DNA of 64,000 nt from the human T2T-CHM13v2.0 reference genome, Homo sapiens (GCF_009914755.1 NC_060947.1), one strand, 5' to 3'; positions 27,460 through 47,340 are shown, counted from the stretch's first letter. Notes: generated by a model from the sequence alone, not told the origin. Made by a program: numbers and translations.

Positions 27460-27829
27460 ATTTTTTATCTTTTCCTGGGCTAGTGATATGCAGTATGATA
27501 CTCTCCCATGTTGCTGGGCAGTGGCAATGAGCCACAGTTCCCAGCCAGCCAAATAATCCCAATGGTAAACAAATAATACTATACAGTGTACTGTATTCAA
27601 CAAACTTATATGAAATATCCACCACCTTATTATAGAATATGTATTATGTTAGATTATTTTGGCCAACTTTATGCTAATGTAAGTGTTCTGAGTGCACTTA
27701 GGGTAGACTGGGCTAAGCTGTGATGCTCAGTAGGTTAGGTATATTATATGCATTTTTTACTTATAATATTTTTAAATTACACTGAGCTTATCTAGATGTA
27801 AACCCATGGTAAGTTGAGGAGCATCTGTA
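27460..27829 (+). mobile_element. Tigger2-family DNA transposon terminus
   Basis: ...gtaagttgaggagcatctgta TIR; gggtagactgggctaagctgtgatg. Confidence 0.75.
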
Positions 27830-28139
27830 ATAAATCTCTTTATATATCTCATATTGGTTCAGTTTCTCTGAAAAACTCTGACTAATACAGTCCCAAATAA
27901 AATTTTGACACTCCTAACTCTGTCTCATTATCTGCATCCCAATGAACCCAGTCTGTGACAGAGGTTAATAGAGGATAGGAGAAGTGTACAGATTCAGGAT
28001 ACATTTGAAGATAGAGCTGACAGAATGTGCTGATGAATCAGATATGCCATGTAAGACAAATATTTATTAAATGTTTCTTAAACAAATATGTGATAGATAT
28101 TACCACTCTTCACCAATTTTGAATCTGGGAAATTCTGCA

Positions 28140-28640
28140 CAAAGGGGAATGTCACATTTTCTTGTCCTCTTGAAGTTAGAGGTAGCAATGTTCTTTTCTC
28201 TGGTAAATGAAATATGAATGAAATTTTAAAAATGGTCACTTCCTTTTGGGAGCAATTAAGAATTGTTGAGTGTTTCTCCATGCTTTCTTCTCCCTACTCC
28301 TATAACTGGTAAAGTTCAGAGAGTATAGTCTCCATCATTATGAGTGCCTGAATGAGCTCAATGTGGATCACATACCCCTTCTGATTCATGATAAACAAGT
28401 ACAGTGAACAAGAAACAAACATTGGTGTGTTAAGCTACTGAACAAGAAAATGTTATGTTTTATTACAAGGGCCTAATCTAGCTTAACCTGACTGAAATAG
28501 CTGTTGGTGCTGGAAGTGAAGTGCTACAGAGACAAAACCCATAAGAACCTAAATGACATTGACTAAGCAGTCGGGTGGTGAGGAAAAATTCATTGAGAAT
28601 TCAGAGATATTAAGAACATTGTTTATGTTCACACATCTGG
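28140..28640 (+). mobile_element. Old MLT1 LTR plus internal fragment
   Basis: gtgttaagctactg...cctgactgaaatag then ttggtgctggaagtg. Confidence 0.5.
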
Positions 28641-29095
28641 TAAATGGGAGAGGTGAATTTGAATGCAACTCTACTTGACTCTAAAGTCTACGTCATTTGT
28701 CGCTATAGCCTCTCAGTTTTGGCTTATGTGGTTGGATAGTGGTAATCTGTCTTTAACTGATACATTTATTCTTTCAATAAATATTATTTGTAGTAATATT
28801 GACTATGTTCTAGGCACTGTGCTAGACAGGCAGAGGAACATATAAATCAGTAAGTGAATTTTTAGTCATGTTGAGTTTTACCTGACTTCGGGACTGCTGG
28901 ATGGAGAGAATGGTCCAGTAAAAATTAATTAATTAATTAATGTGACGAATGTGTCAAGCATTTATACAGTTTGTGTTACTGCTGGGGCTGGAGTGGTGAG
29001 AAAATCCCTCTTAATCATGGTTTCTAATTCTTTTTATACATCTTTGGGTTCTATTTTTAATATTTTGTTGGGTTTTTAAAAAACATCTAGGTTCA

Positions 29096-29461
<366 letters not shown>

Positions 29462-31918
29462 TTAGGATAATACTTAAATCATAAAATGATCAGGAAGTGT
29501 TGCCTCCTCTTTTATTTTCTAGAAAAGATTGTGTATATTGGTTTTAATTATTCTTTAAACGTTTGGTAGACTTCTCCAGTTAAACCATCTTCGCATGGAG
29601 ACTCCTTTTTCTGAAGCTTTCAATTTAAAAATTCAATATCTTTCATGGTTATAGGATTGTCAGATTATGTATTTTATCTTGGTTGGGTTTTGGTAAGTTG
29701 TGATTTTTTGAGGAATGTGTCTTTTTCTTCTATGCCATCAAACGAATGAACATAAAGTTGTCCATACTATTACTTATTATCTTTTTAATTATGTAAGCTC
29801 TACAGTGGTATCCCATTTCATTCCCGATATTGGTGATTTGTGCTTTTTTATTTTGTTTTTCTATCAAGAGGTTTATTAATTGTACTGGCTTTTTTGTCAT
29901 AGAACTTCCTTTTGGTGATGTTTGCAGTGTATATCTTTTTCCATGCTTTCACTTTAATCTACCTATGTCATTTAATTTGAATTGAGTTTCTTGTAAATGG
30001 TAGCCTATCTTCTCAAAAGTTCCTGAGACCGTTTTATTTGTTTTTGGCCAATTTCCGTGTTCAGATTAGATAAATTCTATTGATATGTCCTCACTTCACC
30101 AAGTCTATCCTCTGTCTTCTCCACTAGAGCTTATCCAGGAAGTGTTTTCTTAACTCAGATATTATATTATTTCTGACTGAGAGTTTCTGTTTTTTCATTT
30201 GTTTCAAGAGAATTTCAAATTTCTTGTTGAAGTATTTTTATGATGGCACCTTTAAAAATCCTTGTCTAGGGTGTCCCAGCCCTGGAAATGAATAGGCATC
30301 TGGGTGGAGCTGCTTGTTGTGGTGGGAATATGCTGGATCCTGCTACACTGTTGCAGCCTATCTCTGGTGATAAAGGATAGCCCAACAGAGAAGAAAAGAC
30401 AGCACTTTCCCTGGCCATTTACTGTCAGCAGATCCCCCTGGCCATTGCTATCTAGCTCTGTTGGTATTGATGATGGCACTTAAGTTCAATTCAGGGAAGA
30501 AATGAGCCTGCCTGGGCTTTCTGTTGTAGCTAGGTTGGTGTCTGGGAAATGTCGAGCCTGGGTTGCCTTATTCTGTTAAGTTGGGGGAGTCATGAGACAC
30601 CCTACTCCTACAGGTTGCTCCCACAGCCCTGGGATCCCTTACTAGTTTGCCTTCTTCTTTCTACCTTTCAGAGATCTTTTTTGATTGCTTCTTGCATTCG
30701 TCACATAGTATATAGTTGTACTTAGCAGTAAGGAGCAGGGAAAAAAGTGAGTCCACGGACTGGATGTTCACTCATAGCATTTTTATCATTTTGTCATTTT
30801 GATTTATCTCTATTATTTTGGGGTGTATTTCTTTGTATAGATTTTTTAGTTGTTGCTTTAGATATTACATTATGTATTATACATATTATTGCATTATACA
30901 TACATTTCTTATTATAGTTTACCCATGTCCTCATTTCACCAGTTCAAGTGAAGTGTAGAAAACTTTCTAGGCTTTAATTCCCTTTGCCTCCCCTATTTAT
31001 GATACAATCATCTTAAACATTAATATTTTTCTAAATACTTTATGAACCATACAAGACAATGCTATAACTTGTACTTCAATTGTCAAACATAATATGGAAA
31101 ACTAAAGAGAAGAAAAGTGGGTTGTATTAACCCCTAATTTTGCTCTTTTCATTGTTCTTTCTTCCTTCCTGATGTTCCAAGATTTCTTCCTTTATCATTC
31201 TTTTCTGTTTATGTTCTCTAACCATTCATTCAGGGCAGATCTATTTGTGACAAATTCTCTTAGTTTCTTTAAATCTCAGACTATCTTGGTTTCCTCTTCT
31301 TTTCTGAAAGATGTTTTCACTGGATATAGATTTCCAGATTAATAGCTCATTTCTTGTAGCACTGGAAAAAGGCTTTGTCACTTCCTTCTAGACATCATGA
31401 TTTCTGATGAAAAATCCACTGTCAACCTAATTGCTTCCTCTTTGTAGATAATGCATCACTTCTCCCTTGCTGCTTTCAGGAATTTTCCCCCCAAATTTGA
31501 AAATTTTTCTACTAGTATTTCTTCAAACATGCTTCCAGCTCCCACTCTCTTTCTTGCTTTCTGTGAGGCTATGATGGCAGGAATATTAGGTCTTTTGTAA
31601 TAGTCCATCAAGTACCTGAGGTTCTGTTCTTTTTTTCCCAGTATACGTTCTCTCTTTGTTCATATTAGGTAATTTTTATTATTCTATTTCAAGTTCACTG
31701 ATTCAATCTTCTGTCTTCTCTAGTCTGCTTTTGAGTCCATCCAGTGATTTTTTAAAATTTTGGTTTTCATATTTTTAGTTCTAAAATGTATCTTTGAGTT
31801 TTCTTTATGTCTTCTATTTCTTTGCTGAGACTTTCTATTTTTTATTTGTTTCAAGCGTGTTTGTAAATGCACATTGAAACCTTTTTATGATGGCTGCTTT
31901 AAAATACTTGTCCAATAA

Positions 31919-32223
<305 letters not shown>

Positions 32224-33829
32224 TCGGTGTTTTTTATGTTATGAGACTCTGGATATTATTTAAATCTTTTGTTTCAGCAGATCTTCTCTGATACCATATC
32301 AGTGGGGAAAGGAGGAGTGTTGCCCTATAACTGCTAGGTGAGTATGGAAGTCCAGATTCCCCACTTAGCCTCCCTTGGTACCCAGAGAAGGAGGGGTTCC
32401 TCATTACTACTGGGAAAAGGGTAGGAATCCCCACCAGGCCAACACTGAATTACTCTGTCTCTGTGTTGTAGGGGGTACCTCATTACTGTTTCCAATATGG
32501 CCTCTACTGAAACCATGGGGGAATGCCTCCTTATTACCAGGTGGGGATGAATGTCACAGCCTCCCATTCATCCTCCTCTGAAACCACCCCAATGAGGGAG
32601 AAGTAGTGCTTTGTTATAACCAGGTGAGAATGCAAGTCTAAGCTCCCAACTTGGTCTTTGTTAGTCCAGAGGTGGAGTAAGGCCACATTCTTTGCCATGA
32701 AATTTGGCTGGAGTAGGGTGGTTATTTTCTAAAGTTTTCTATATTGTTATGCTGATCCTTTCCTGGTCCTTTGGCTAGAAAGACAAGGCTCTTCTTGGGC
32801 TTTTTTTTTTCTGTGCCCTTAGCATTTCTGGGTTTCTAGATTCTGCAGTACCCAGACTTGGATATGTAAGGCAAAAGGAAAATGAACAGTCTCACTTCTG
32901 TGTTGCACCTCATGTTCTGAAGTTCCTAGCTGGTCAGGTTTCTTCTCTCTATGTTTCAAAACCTTCTTATATAGGTTTTATATACTATGTAAGGGTTTTT
33001 AGCTATATTTAGTGGGAAGAATAGGGAGAAGTGCATCTTCTCCATTTTGTTCTAGAACCAAAACCTGACTGGCAATTCTAAATGAGAATTTTAGTTTGCA
33101 AATGGGCTAACGATTTGCATCTTTGCATTCACATGTTCTCTTCCTGTCTGCCTAGGAAAACAAATTTTATTAAGAAGCTTCCTTGGTGAGCAAATAAGAG
33201 TCAGAGACAAGTGATTCTTACTAGTTATGTCAAGGAGCCTAACATGTTTATCACTGCTACCAAAAGGAATTTAATGTTCAATTTTTATTTTCATGCACCA
33301 TTTTTCTGGGGTCTATAATAACAGCCCATTCCTCCTTTCTTTACTAGTTTTTCTTCAGTCTGTGCCCAATGTAGTTCATTAGGTTTCAAATTTCTTGGAT
33401 TCTATCCTACCCCTTTGATGTTTCATTCTTGTCATTCATATAGACCTCGATATTGTTAAATTGCCTCAGATACAAATTTGCATATATAGTGTACATGGTA
33501 GCCAATGGTATATCACACAAGAGCATTTGGTATCTGAATAATCCTTGATAAAATTGTTAAAGTGAAGTGAACATACGTTATGGGTGTTATAAAGTGACTT
33601 GATACGTTTAACAAGAGATAGGATTCAGTTATCTAACATTCTTGTGATCAGTAATATTAAAAATATTGTAGCACACTAAAGACATAAAAAGGTATAAAGA
33701 ATGGTGCAATGCAGTCCCATGTACTCACCATCCAGCTTAAGAAATTAAACTACATTAAACTATATTAATGCTTGTTTTTGTATTCTTTGAAACATTATTA
33801 CGGCTCTGCAAATTTTGAGGACAAAGTAA

Positions 33830-34050
33830 AGACTGTAGGCGTTGATGTCAGATCGAGGTTCTAGTCCAAAGTTTACTATTTATTAGTTAATTGACCTTAA
33901 GCAAGTCATTTAACCTCTTAGAAACTATGTTTCCTCATCTGTAAAAGAGTAGGGATAGTGCCTGTTTCACAAGGTAGTTGTGATAGTTAAATGAGATAAT
34001 TTTGTTATTAAGGTGCCTCATCACAGTGCCTGACACCCAATAAATGCAGT
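33830..34050 (+). mobile_element. MIR
   Basis: gaccttaagcaagtcatttaacctc...tttcctcatctgtaaaa. Confidence 0.85.
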
Positions 34051-34191
34051 TTCTATTGTCATTTTGTGTCATCCTAAGTATGCAGGGGAAACAAAAGTAA
34101 GCCTTTATTCTTGTCTTCAAGGAGTTTGTCAAAAAGTAAGAAGGATAAAGTAGGCATACAAATAGCTACTATAAGATGTATAATAACATAA

Positions 34192-34562
<371 letters not shown>

Positions 34563-35399
34563 GAGATGTAGCATTAAAACTAGGAAAGCAAGTATATTGC
34601 CATACCCCTCCTATATCCATGGGCGGACACTACTTTTTGATCTCAGATATGACCTCAATTTTTTTTCTCAACATATTGATTCAGGGAATCATAACTAATC
34701 AATTGGAGTTGTCCTTGAAATAGAGTATGTACCTAAAGTATGACACTCCTGGGAGGACATGAAGAAGAAGGGGACATAGGCTGAGAGTGCCAAATAGCAG
34801 AAATAAAAGCGATAGAACGGTATCAAATTTTAAAGACAGTCATTGCTGGTGAATTTTGAGAAACAAGTTATATTAAATTGAACCTATAGTAAAGGGCATA
34901 GGAATTGTTGGGGTTGTGGGCATCAAAGAACGTTGAGACTAAATTTGGATGGATAATCCAAATAAATCTTGAGGTTATTTATGATAATGGCAGAAATTGC
35001 AGGGGGAAATAAGAACCAGCTACATGGTGAGGAGCGATGACCAAGAACATAGCATAGTATAACAAGGAAGAGGATTTGTGTACATGTTGACTCCCACTTA
35101 CTAGATTGCGGTACCTGAAAGTCAGGGAATCATACTTCATCATCCTGGAATCCTAGCATCTAATACAGAGTACAAAGCATTGAATATATGGATGAATGAA
35201 TTAGGGAATGTGTGGTGATCATCAAACGAGTGTAAACAATATATTTGAGAACAAGTTGAAAATACCACCCTAAAAGAGTTTATATTGGGGTTAAAAAGAA
35301 GTATTTAAAATTGAGTTTCCTTTGAGTAAATCATGCCCTCCTTTTCCTGAGATTAAATTGGTAATTTACCTTATTGATCACTCATTATTATCTCAGTCT

Positions 35400-35575
35400 A
35401 TGTCAAAGCTTCTTATCCGTGGCTGCAAGTTAGAAACACCTGAGTAGTTTAAAACATATCCCAATAACCTGGCTGCACCCCAGGCCAAATCAGAATCTCT
35501 GGGGATGTGACCTAGTCCTCAGTATTTTTAAAAGCTCCCCAGATGACTTGTGCTGCCAAGATTGAGAACCACTGA
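35400..35575. mobile_element. MER5A-like hAT-Charlie
   Basis: aatcagaatctctgggg...ttttaaaagctccccagatgac...ttgagaaccactg. Confidence 0.8.
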
Positions 35576-35971
35576 GTGACGACAAGATAAGACAGGGTAC
35601 AGGTGTGTTAACTTGTATAACTACATAAAATTCAGTATTACAGCTAGAATTAATTGTAGCAGTCTTTTTTAAGAAATGAAATATCTCAAACTCAACTTCT
35701 GTTTACAATGTTTATTTAACAACTACCTAGTACTCAATATAGAGTTTGTTAACTGGAGGACTATAGACAGGTTGAGTTTGGTTATCACAGTGCTGAAAGT
35801 TTTACATCAATTGCCAACATTTTATGGATAAAATTCAGTAGATTTCATGTAAAATTAGGAACTTCAAACTTCTCTTGAAAATCAGAAGATTTGGTAACTT
35901 GATATTTGCATTCCCTAGAGGTACCAATCAATCGAAACTGAGTAGTAGCTGCTAGCTGCTGCCCCATTTAG

Positions 35972-36301
<330 letters not shown>

Positions 36302-36652
36302 TGTTTTTTTTTTTTTCTTTCTTTCTTTCTTTTTTTTTTTTTTCGCTCTCATTAGAGGTTAATCAAGTTTACTGATCTTGCAGAACCAGCTTTTGGTTTC
36401 ATTGATTTTCTCTGTTGTTTTTTATCATTTCTCTTACATTAGTTTCCACTTTGATTCTTATTATTCCCTTTTTTTCCTGCTTACTTTGGGATTTTCACTT
36501 TTTCTTAAGTTTCTAAGGATGAACATGAGGTCATTGATTTGAAATCTTTCTTCTTTTCTAATGTAGATATTCATTGCTATTAATTTCCTCCTAAGTACTT
36601 CTTTAACAGCATCCCACAAATTCTAATATAGTGCATTTTCATCTTCCATTAG

Positions 36653-36942
<290 letters not shown>

Positions 36943-37438
36943 TAAAAATACTTTTTAATTTCCCTTTTCATTTAATCCTATGATACATGAGTTATTTATA
37001 AGTTTGTTATTTAGTTTCCAAATGTTTAGGGATTTTCCAGAGTTTATGCACTATTGATTTCTTAGTTAATTCCATTGTTATCTAAAAATATACTTTGTAT
37101 GGCTTGAATCCTTTAAAATTTACAGGGAGATGTTTTATTCCACAGAATATGGTCTATTTTGGTAAATGTTCCATATGTATTTGAGAAGAATGTACATTCT
37201 ATTGTTGATTAGAGTGTTCTATAAATGTCAGTAAGGTCTAGTTGGTTGATTGTGTTGTTCAAATCTGCTTTATATCATTTTGACTTTTCTGCTTACATTG
37301 AGAGAAGAATATTAAAATCCCTTACTGTATTTGTGGATTTGAATATTTCTCTTTGCAGTTCTATCAGGGTTTGCTCCATGTATTTCTTTTATTAAGTACA
37401 TAAGCATGTATGATTATTATGTCTGCTTATGTAATTGA

Positions 37439-37748
<310 letters not shown>

Positions 37749-38115
37749 AGTTATAACTATTAAATATCCTTCTTTATCCATGTAATATTCTTGGCTCTAA
37801 AATGTACTCTGTCTCCTCCAAATTTAGCCTCTCTGGCTTTCTTTGCACTAAAGTTAACGTGGCATATCTTTGTCACATCTTTTAGTTTTATTATATTTGT
37901 GGCTTTAAAACTAACGTGCAATAGATAGCATATAGTTGTGTCTTACATTTTTATTCAGTCTGCCAATCTCTGACTTTAAATTGGGGTGTTCAGACCTGTT
38001 ACATTTAATGTCATTTATTACTATGATTTGGTTTGAGTCTAGTATTTTTTTATTTGTCCCACCTGCTCTTTGTTCCCTTTTCCCTGTTTTCTGTCTTCTT
38101 TTGATTAGTCAAGCA

Positions 38116-38423
38116 TTTTTTCTTTCTTTCTTTCTTTTTTCTGAGACGGAGTTTAGCTCTTGTTGCCCAGCCTGGAGTGCAACGGCACCATCTCAGCTCA
38201 CCGCAACCTCTGCTCCAAGGTTCAAGCGATTCTCCTGCCTCAGCCTCCCGAGTAGCTTGGATCACAGACATGTGCCACCACACATGGCTAATTTTTGTAT
38301 TTTTAGTAAAGACGGGGGTTTCCCCATGTTGGTCAGGCTGGTCTCGAACTCCTGACCTCGTGATCCGCCTGCCTCGGCCTCCGCAAGTGCTGAGATTACA
38401 AGCATGAGCCACCGCGCCTGGCC
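38116..38423 (-). mobile_element. AluSp/Sq-like
   Basis: TSD tagtcaagcattttt. Confidence 0.95.
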
Positions 38424-38846
38424 TAGTCAAGCATTTTTCTGATTCTATTTTATCTCCTTTGTCAGTTCATTACTTGTAACTTTTTGTTTTGTTATTGTAG
38501 TGATTAGTCAAATTTCATTTTAAAGGCTTTAAATAATGAGGATTTTAAAAAATATATTTATCCTTTTCACTACCATTTCTGGCCCTCTTAATTCCTTTCT
38601 GTAGATACATATTTCCACCTAGTATCATTTTCCTTCTGCATGAAAGACTTTAACATTTCTTGTAGTACAGTTCTGCTAGTAATGGATTATTTCAACTTTT
38701 CTATGTCTGGGAAATGTCTTTATTTTACCTTCGTTTTGAAAGATCCTCTACAGAATTTTACTTTGACATTTTATTCTTTCAGTATATTAAAGGTGTTTCT
38801 CCATTGTCTTCTCGTTTGCATTATTTCCAATTAGAAATCCAATGTC

Positions 38847-39143
<297 letters not shown>

Positions 39144-41119
39144 GAAGAGAGAAATTCAATGTGATTGTTATCTATATTCCTCGGTATATAACATGCTTCT
39201 TATCTCTAGCTGCCTCTAAGATTTTCTCTTTTTCACTGATTTTAAGCAATGTGATTATAATGTGCATTGGTGTAGCTTTCTTCATTTTTCTTGTTCTTGG
39301 GATTCATTTATCTTATTAGTTCTGCAGATTTATAGTTTTCATCAAATTTGGAAATTTTCAGTTATTATTGCTTTAATTTTTTTCTATCTCCTCCCACTCT
39401 ATCTTTTAGAGACTCCAATGACCCATCTATTAGTCAGTTGAAGTTGTCCCACTTTTCACTGATGGTCTTTTAATTTCTTAGAATTCATTTTGTCCCTGTG
39501 TTTTATTTTGGATAGTTTACATTGCTATGCCGTCACGTACACTACAATGTTCTTCTGCATATCTAATCTGCCGTTAATTTCCATCATCATGTTTTTCATC
39601 TTAAAAATTTTAGTTTTCACTTCCAGAATATCTATTTTGGTATTTTTCATATCTTCCATGTCTCTACGTAACTTTTTGAACATATGGAACATAGTTATAA
39701 TGTCTACTTAAATGTCCTTGTCTGCCAATTCTAATGTCTCTATTAGCCGTGGCTCAATTTCAATTGTTTGTTTTTTCTCTCAATATAGCTCGTATTTCTA
39801 TGCTTTTTTTCATTGTTCATAATTTTTAATTGGATATTAGATAGACATTGTAGAGTGTACCTTGTTTGGTGCTGACTGTTTCTGTAGTTACATAAATATT
39901 CTTAACATAGTTCTGAAACATAGTTAAGGTATTTAGTTTGACCCTTTTGGTTCATACTTTTAAATTTTGTTACAGGACTGAAATGGTGTTCATTTTAGGC
40001 CTAATTATTTTCCACTACTGAAGCTATCCTTCTGTGCACTCTACCCAATGCTCCATGAATTTTGAGGTTATCTAGTGTAGCTGGTGAGAACACCATTATT
40101 TTTGCCCCTTCATTCACCGCAGACACTGTTAGGTCTAATCTTTTTGGGTGATTCTCTATCTGGTCTTGGGTACTTTCCTCACATGCATGCTCTCATCAGT
40201 CCTCAGTTGAATGTTGGAGGAAAATCTCTGTAGATATCTAGCTATCTACAGCTCTCTCCTCTCTGATCCTTTCTCCTGCAAAGTCTGTTCACCTCAGTCT
40301 TCCTGGATGCTCAGCTCCATCTTCTTGATGTACCATACCCCAGAAAATATTTCAAGGCAAAAATTGGGACAGTCTTTGGGCTCACCTCATTTCCCCCACC
40401 CCCATCATTCAGGGCTCACTATCCTTCATTTCTGGATTTCTGGATCTCCAATGTCTTGGAAACTGTTTCCTATAGCTGAAACATATTTTGGTTATTTCAG
40501 TTATAAGGGTAAATCTGTTACTTCTTATTCCATGTTGTCCATAACAGAACAATAAATAATTTTTTAATTGAGGTATTTTATATGCAATAATATGTACTAC
40601 TCATGTGTGTATAGCTCAATTATTTCTGTATCTGTGCAATCACCATCTGGATCAAGATATTAACATTTTCAAGCACCCCTAGCAGGCTACCTCACTACTC
40701 TGTCTTATTGAAAGCTATCTTATTCTTTTGTTTTGACCTTGAGGAAACTTATGCTAGAATCAGGATAAATCTGAGTAATTTTACTGCTGCCACCCCTACT
40801 ATCAATCTCCATCTTCCAGAAGTAGTCCCATTTCAGAGATTCATTTTTTTTTCCCAACAGATGGTCATTACAGAGTGAGTATTTTTGTCCAAGAATATTG
40901 GGCCTAAGTATTTAGATGTTCCCAGTTTAACATTGAAACCCACCCTGATCTCACTGTTACCAGTTTATTATTCACATAGAATACCAATAGATGCTACAGA
41001 AAGTAAGTGATGCTAATGGATTATGATTATGACTCAGATCACGAAAAGCAGCATGGTGCTGTGGAAAAAGTAATGGCTTACTTCCTCTTTTCCCTCTTTC
41101 CTGCCTAGACAAGAAATCA

Positions 41120-44030
<2,911 letters not shown>

Positions 44031-44469
44031 TGTTTTTATTCATACAAAAGCTGAGATTAATGGATATCTTCAAATTAAGTAGAGTGAAACTCAGTAAGAA
44101 ATCAGTAAAAGGGAAGGCAAAACAAAAAGCTGCAGGATAAATAAATTTAGGTTATTTGCATTAGCTGCTCATATCAGTAGGGAAAAAATAGATTCAGTCA
44201 AAATATGTTTTTGGAAAAAGAAAGTAAACCACCTGGAAGAAAAAAATATAAAATGGGATTTTCCCTCATATGTCATCTAGAATAAATTCCTAATGGATCA
44301 AATATTTAAATTCAAACATTGATACATTAGACGTAACAGGAGAGCTGTTCATAATCTTGGAGGAGAAAAAGGTTTTCTAAGTATGCTTACAAGAAATTCA
44401 CATCAGTAGCCTAAAAGTAAAAAGATGGAAAGGTATATCATGAAAGCAGTAATCAAAAGAAAGATAGAG

Positions 44470-44787
44470 GGCCAGGTGCAGTGGCTCATGTCTGCAATCC
44501 CAGCACTTTAGGAGGCTGAGGAGGGCCAATAGCTTGAGCCCAGGAGTTTGAGACCAGCCTGGCAACATGCCAAACCCCTGTCTCTACCAAAAAAAAATAA
44601 AACAAATTAGCTGGGCATCATGGTGCACACCTGTGGTCCCAGCTACTCAGGAAGCTGAGGCCAGAGGATCACTTGAGCCTGGGAGTTTGAGGCTGCAGTG
44701 AGCTGTGATTGCAACACTGCACTCCAGTCTGGGCAACAAGGTAAGACCCTGTCTTCAGAAAAAAAAAGAAAAGAAAAGAAAAGAAAG
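44470..44787 (+). mobile_element. AluJ
   Basis: Full dimer with (gaaaa)n tail. Confidence 0.93.
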
Positions 44788-45917
44788 CTGGAGTGGTTAT
44801 ATTAATATCAGACAAATTATACTCCAGAGCAAAGATAATTCCCAGGAATAAAGAAGGGCATTATATAATAATAAAAAGGTTCCATTCACCAAGAAGACAT
44901 AACCTTCCTACATGTGCGTACACTAACAAAAGAGTTTCAAAATACGAGGGGACTTCAAAAAGTTTGTGGGAAAATATAATTAAAAGATAAAAATAAAAAC
45001 TATAAACTTTATTTCTCAACATTAGCTCCATCAAGTTCAAAACACTTTTGTAAGCAAAGATTCCAGCCATTTAGTCCATATCTAAAGAACTGAAGGGCCT
45101 GGAAATTTAACCATGTTAATGTAGGTTTTTGTTTGTTTGTTTGTTTGTTTTTTACATTATTAATCGAAGAGAAACAAGCACCTTTTAAAGATTTTTTTAA
45201 GATTAGGAAACAAAAAGAAGACTGAAAGAGCCAAATCAGGACTGCATGGTTGATGCCTAATGATTTCCCATCAAAACTCTCTCAAAATTGCTTTTGTTTG
45301 ATTAGAGGACTGAACAGGAGCACTGTTTATGTGAAGCTTTTCTGGGTGTTTTTCTGCTTAAGCTTTGGCTAACTTCCTCAAAACACTCTCATAATAAACA
45401 GATGTTATTTTTCTTTAGCCCTCCAGAAAGTCAACAAGCAAAATGCCTCAAGTATACCAAAAAACTGTTTCCTTTACCTTTGCTCTTGACCAGTCTACTT
45501 TTCCTTTGACTAGACCACTGCCACCTCTTTGTACCCATTACTGTGATTGTGCTTTGTTTTCAGGATCTTACTGGTAAAGCCACGTTTCATTTTCTGTTAT
45601 AATTCTTCGAAGAAAGGCTTCAGGATCTTGATCCCACTTGTGTAAAATTTCCATTGAAAGCTCTCCTCTTTATCTGCTGCCGATCTGGGCACAATGGTTT
45701 TGGCACCCATTGAGTGGACAGTTAGCTCAACTTTATTTTTTCAGTCAGAATTGAGTAAACTGAACCAGTTGAGATGTGTATGGTGTTGGCTATTGTTTCT
45801 GCTGTTACTCATCAGTTCCCTTCAATTAGGGCACAAACAAGTTGAATCTCTTCCTCACAAATTTATGTGGATAGTCTGCTGCTGTGAGCTTCCTCTTCAA
45901 CATTGTCTCATTCCTTC

Positions 45918-46235
45918 TTTTTTTTTTTTTTTTTGAGACAGGGTCTCACTCTGTCACCTGACACCCTGGCACTGCACAGGGTGGAGTGCAGTTTTTGTGA
46001 TTATGTCTCACTGCAGCCTCGACCTCCCTGGCTCAAGTGATCCTCCCACCTCAGCCTCCTGGGTAGCTGGGATTAGAGGTGCACACCAACACACCTGGCT
46101 AGTTTTAAAATTTTTTGTAGAGATGGCGTCTCACTATGTTGCCTAGGCTAGTCTCAAACTTCTAGGTTCAAGCAATCTTCCCTCCTTGGCCTATCAAAGT
46201 GCTGGGATTATAGATGTGAGCCACCACACCTGGCC
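45918..46235 (-). mobile_element. AluJ with a small internal insertion
   Basis: Extra gacaccctggcactg near the 3' end; TSD tcatYccttctt. Confidence 0.9.
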
Positions 46236-46282
46236 TTCATCCCTTCTTAAAACAGGTTATCCATTTGTAAACTGCTGATTTC

Positions 46283-46307
46283 ATTTTTTAAATTTTCTTT
46301 TCTTTTT

Positions 46308-46363
<56 letters not shown>

Positions 46364-46618
46364 TTTTTTGTTGAGAGTCTTTCTCTGTTGCTCAGGCTGG
46401 AGTGCAGTGGCACAATCTTGGCTCACTGCACCCTCTGCCTCCTGGGTTCAAGTGATTCTTGTGCCTCACCCTCCTGAGTAGCTGGGATTACATGTGTGCA
46501 CCCGTAATCCCAGCACTTTGGGAGGCTAAGTCAGGAAGATCACTTGAAGCTTGGAGTTTGAGAACAGCCTGGCCAATGTGGTGAAACCCCATCTCTACTA
46601 AAACTACAAAAAAATATA
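46283..46618 (-). mobile_element. Alu with inverted left arm
   Basis: Right arm plus (TTTC)n tail on - strand (46283-46503), left arm on + strand (46504-46618), a single TSD taaactgctgatttc. Confidence 0.9.
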
Positions 46619-47340
46619 TAAACTGCTGATTTCTTTGGGCATTGTCTCTGTAAACTTTTCATAAAACATCAATGATTTCACCATGCATCCACCCAGCTTC
46701 ACCATAAATATGAGGTTTTTCTTGTTTCAATTGTAGCAGAATTCATGTTACTCTCACAGGCGCTCTGTTCAAACTGATGTCCTATCCTTCATAGCGCTTC
46801 AAGCTAGATCCTGTTCGGACATGTTAGTGTTTATTTTGGTGCAAAAAATTTTTGAAATCCAGGCATAGTTTTTTTTATAATATGTATTTCCATGAACAGT
46901 TTGAAGACCCCTCATATATAAAGCAAAATCTCAGAGGCTGAAAGAACAAATAGACAAATTCACAAATATAATCAGGGACATAAACACTCCTCTCTCAATA
47001 ATTAATATAATATTTTACATAGTAAATAACCAAGGATACAGAATAACTGAATATTATCAATTATCTCTAGCTGATATTTATAGAGCATTTCACTCAACAA
47101 CAGGAGAATGCATATTCACATTCTTTTCAAGTGTACATGGAACATTCACCAAATTGACCATATCTTCAGTCATAAGACAAAATTTAACAAATGTAAAAGA
47201 ACTGAAATCATATATTGTAAGTTTGCTGATCATAATGGAATTAAAAAAACAATAGTGGAAAATAACAGGAAAATCTCCAAATACTTGGAAATTAAACATG
47301 CATTTCTAAAGAACCCATGGGTCAAAGAGGAAGTACACAC

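Larger units (their letters stand above)
44945..46914 (-). mobile_element. HSMAR2 mariner transposon (near full length, degenerate)
   Basis: TA-flanked TIRs cgaggggacttcaaaaagtt / acagtttgaagacccctca; about 1.3 kb after removing two Alus. Confidence 0.85.

Noticed and set aside
44945-46914. Active mariner transposase
   Set aside because: Two Alu insertions and no long - strand ORF
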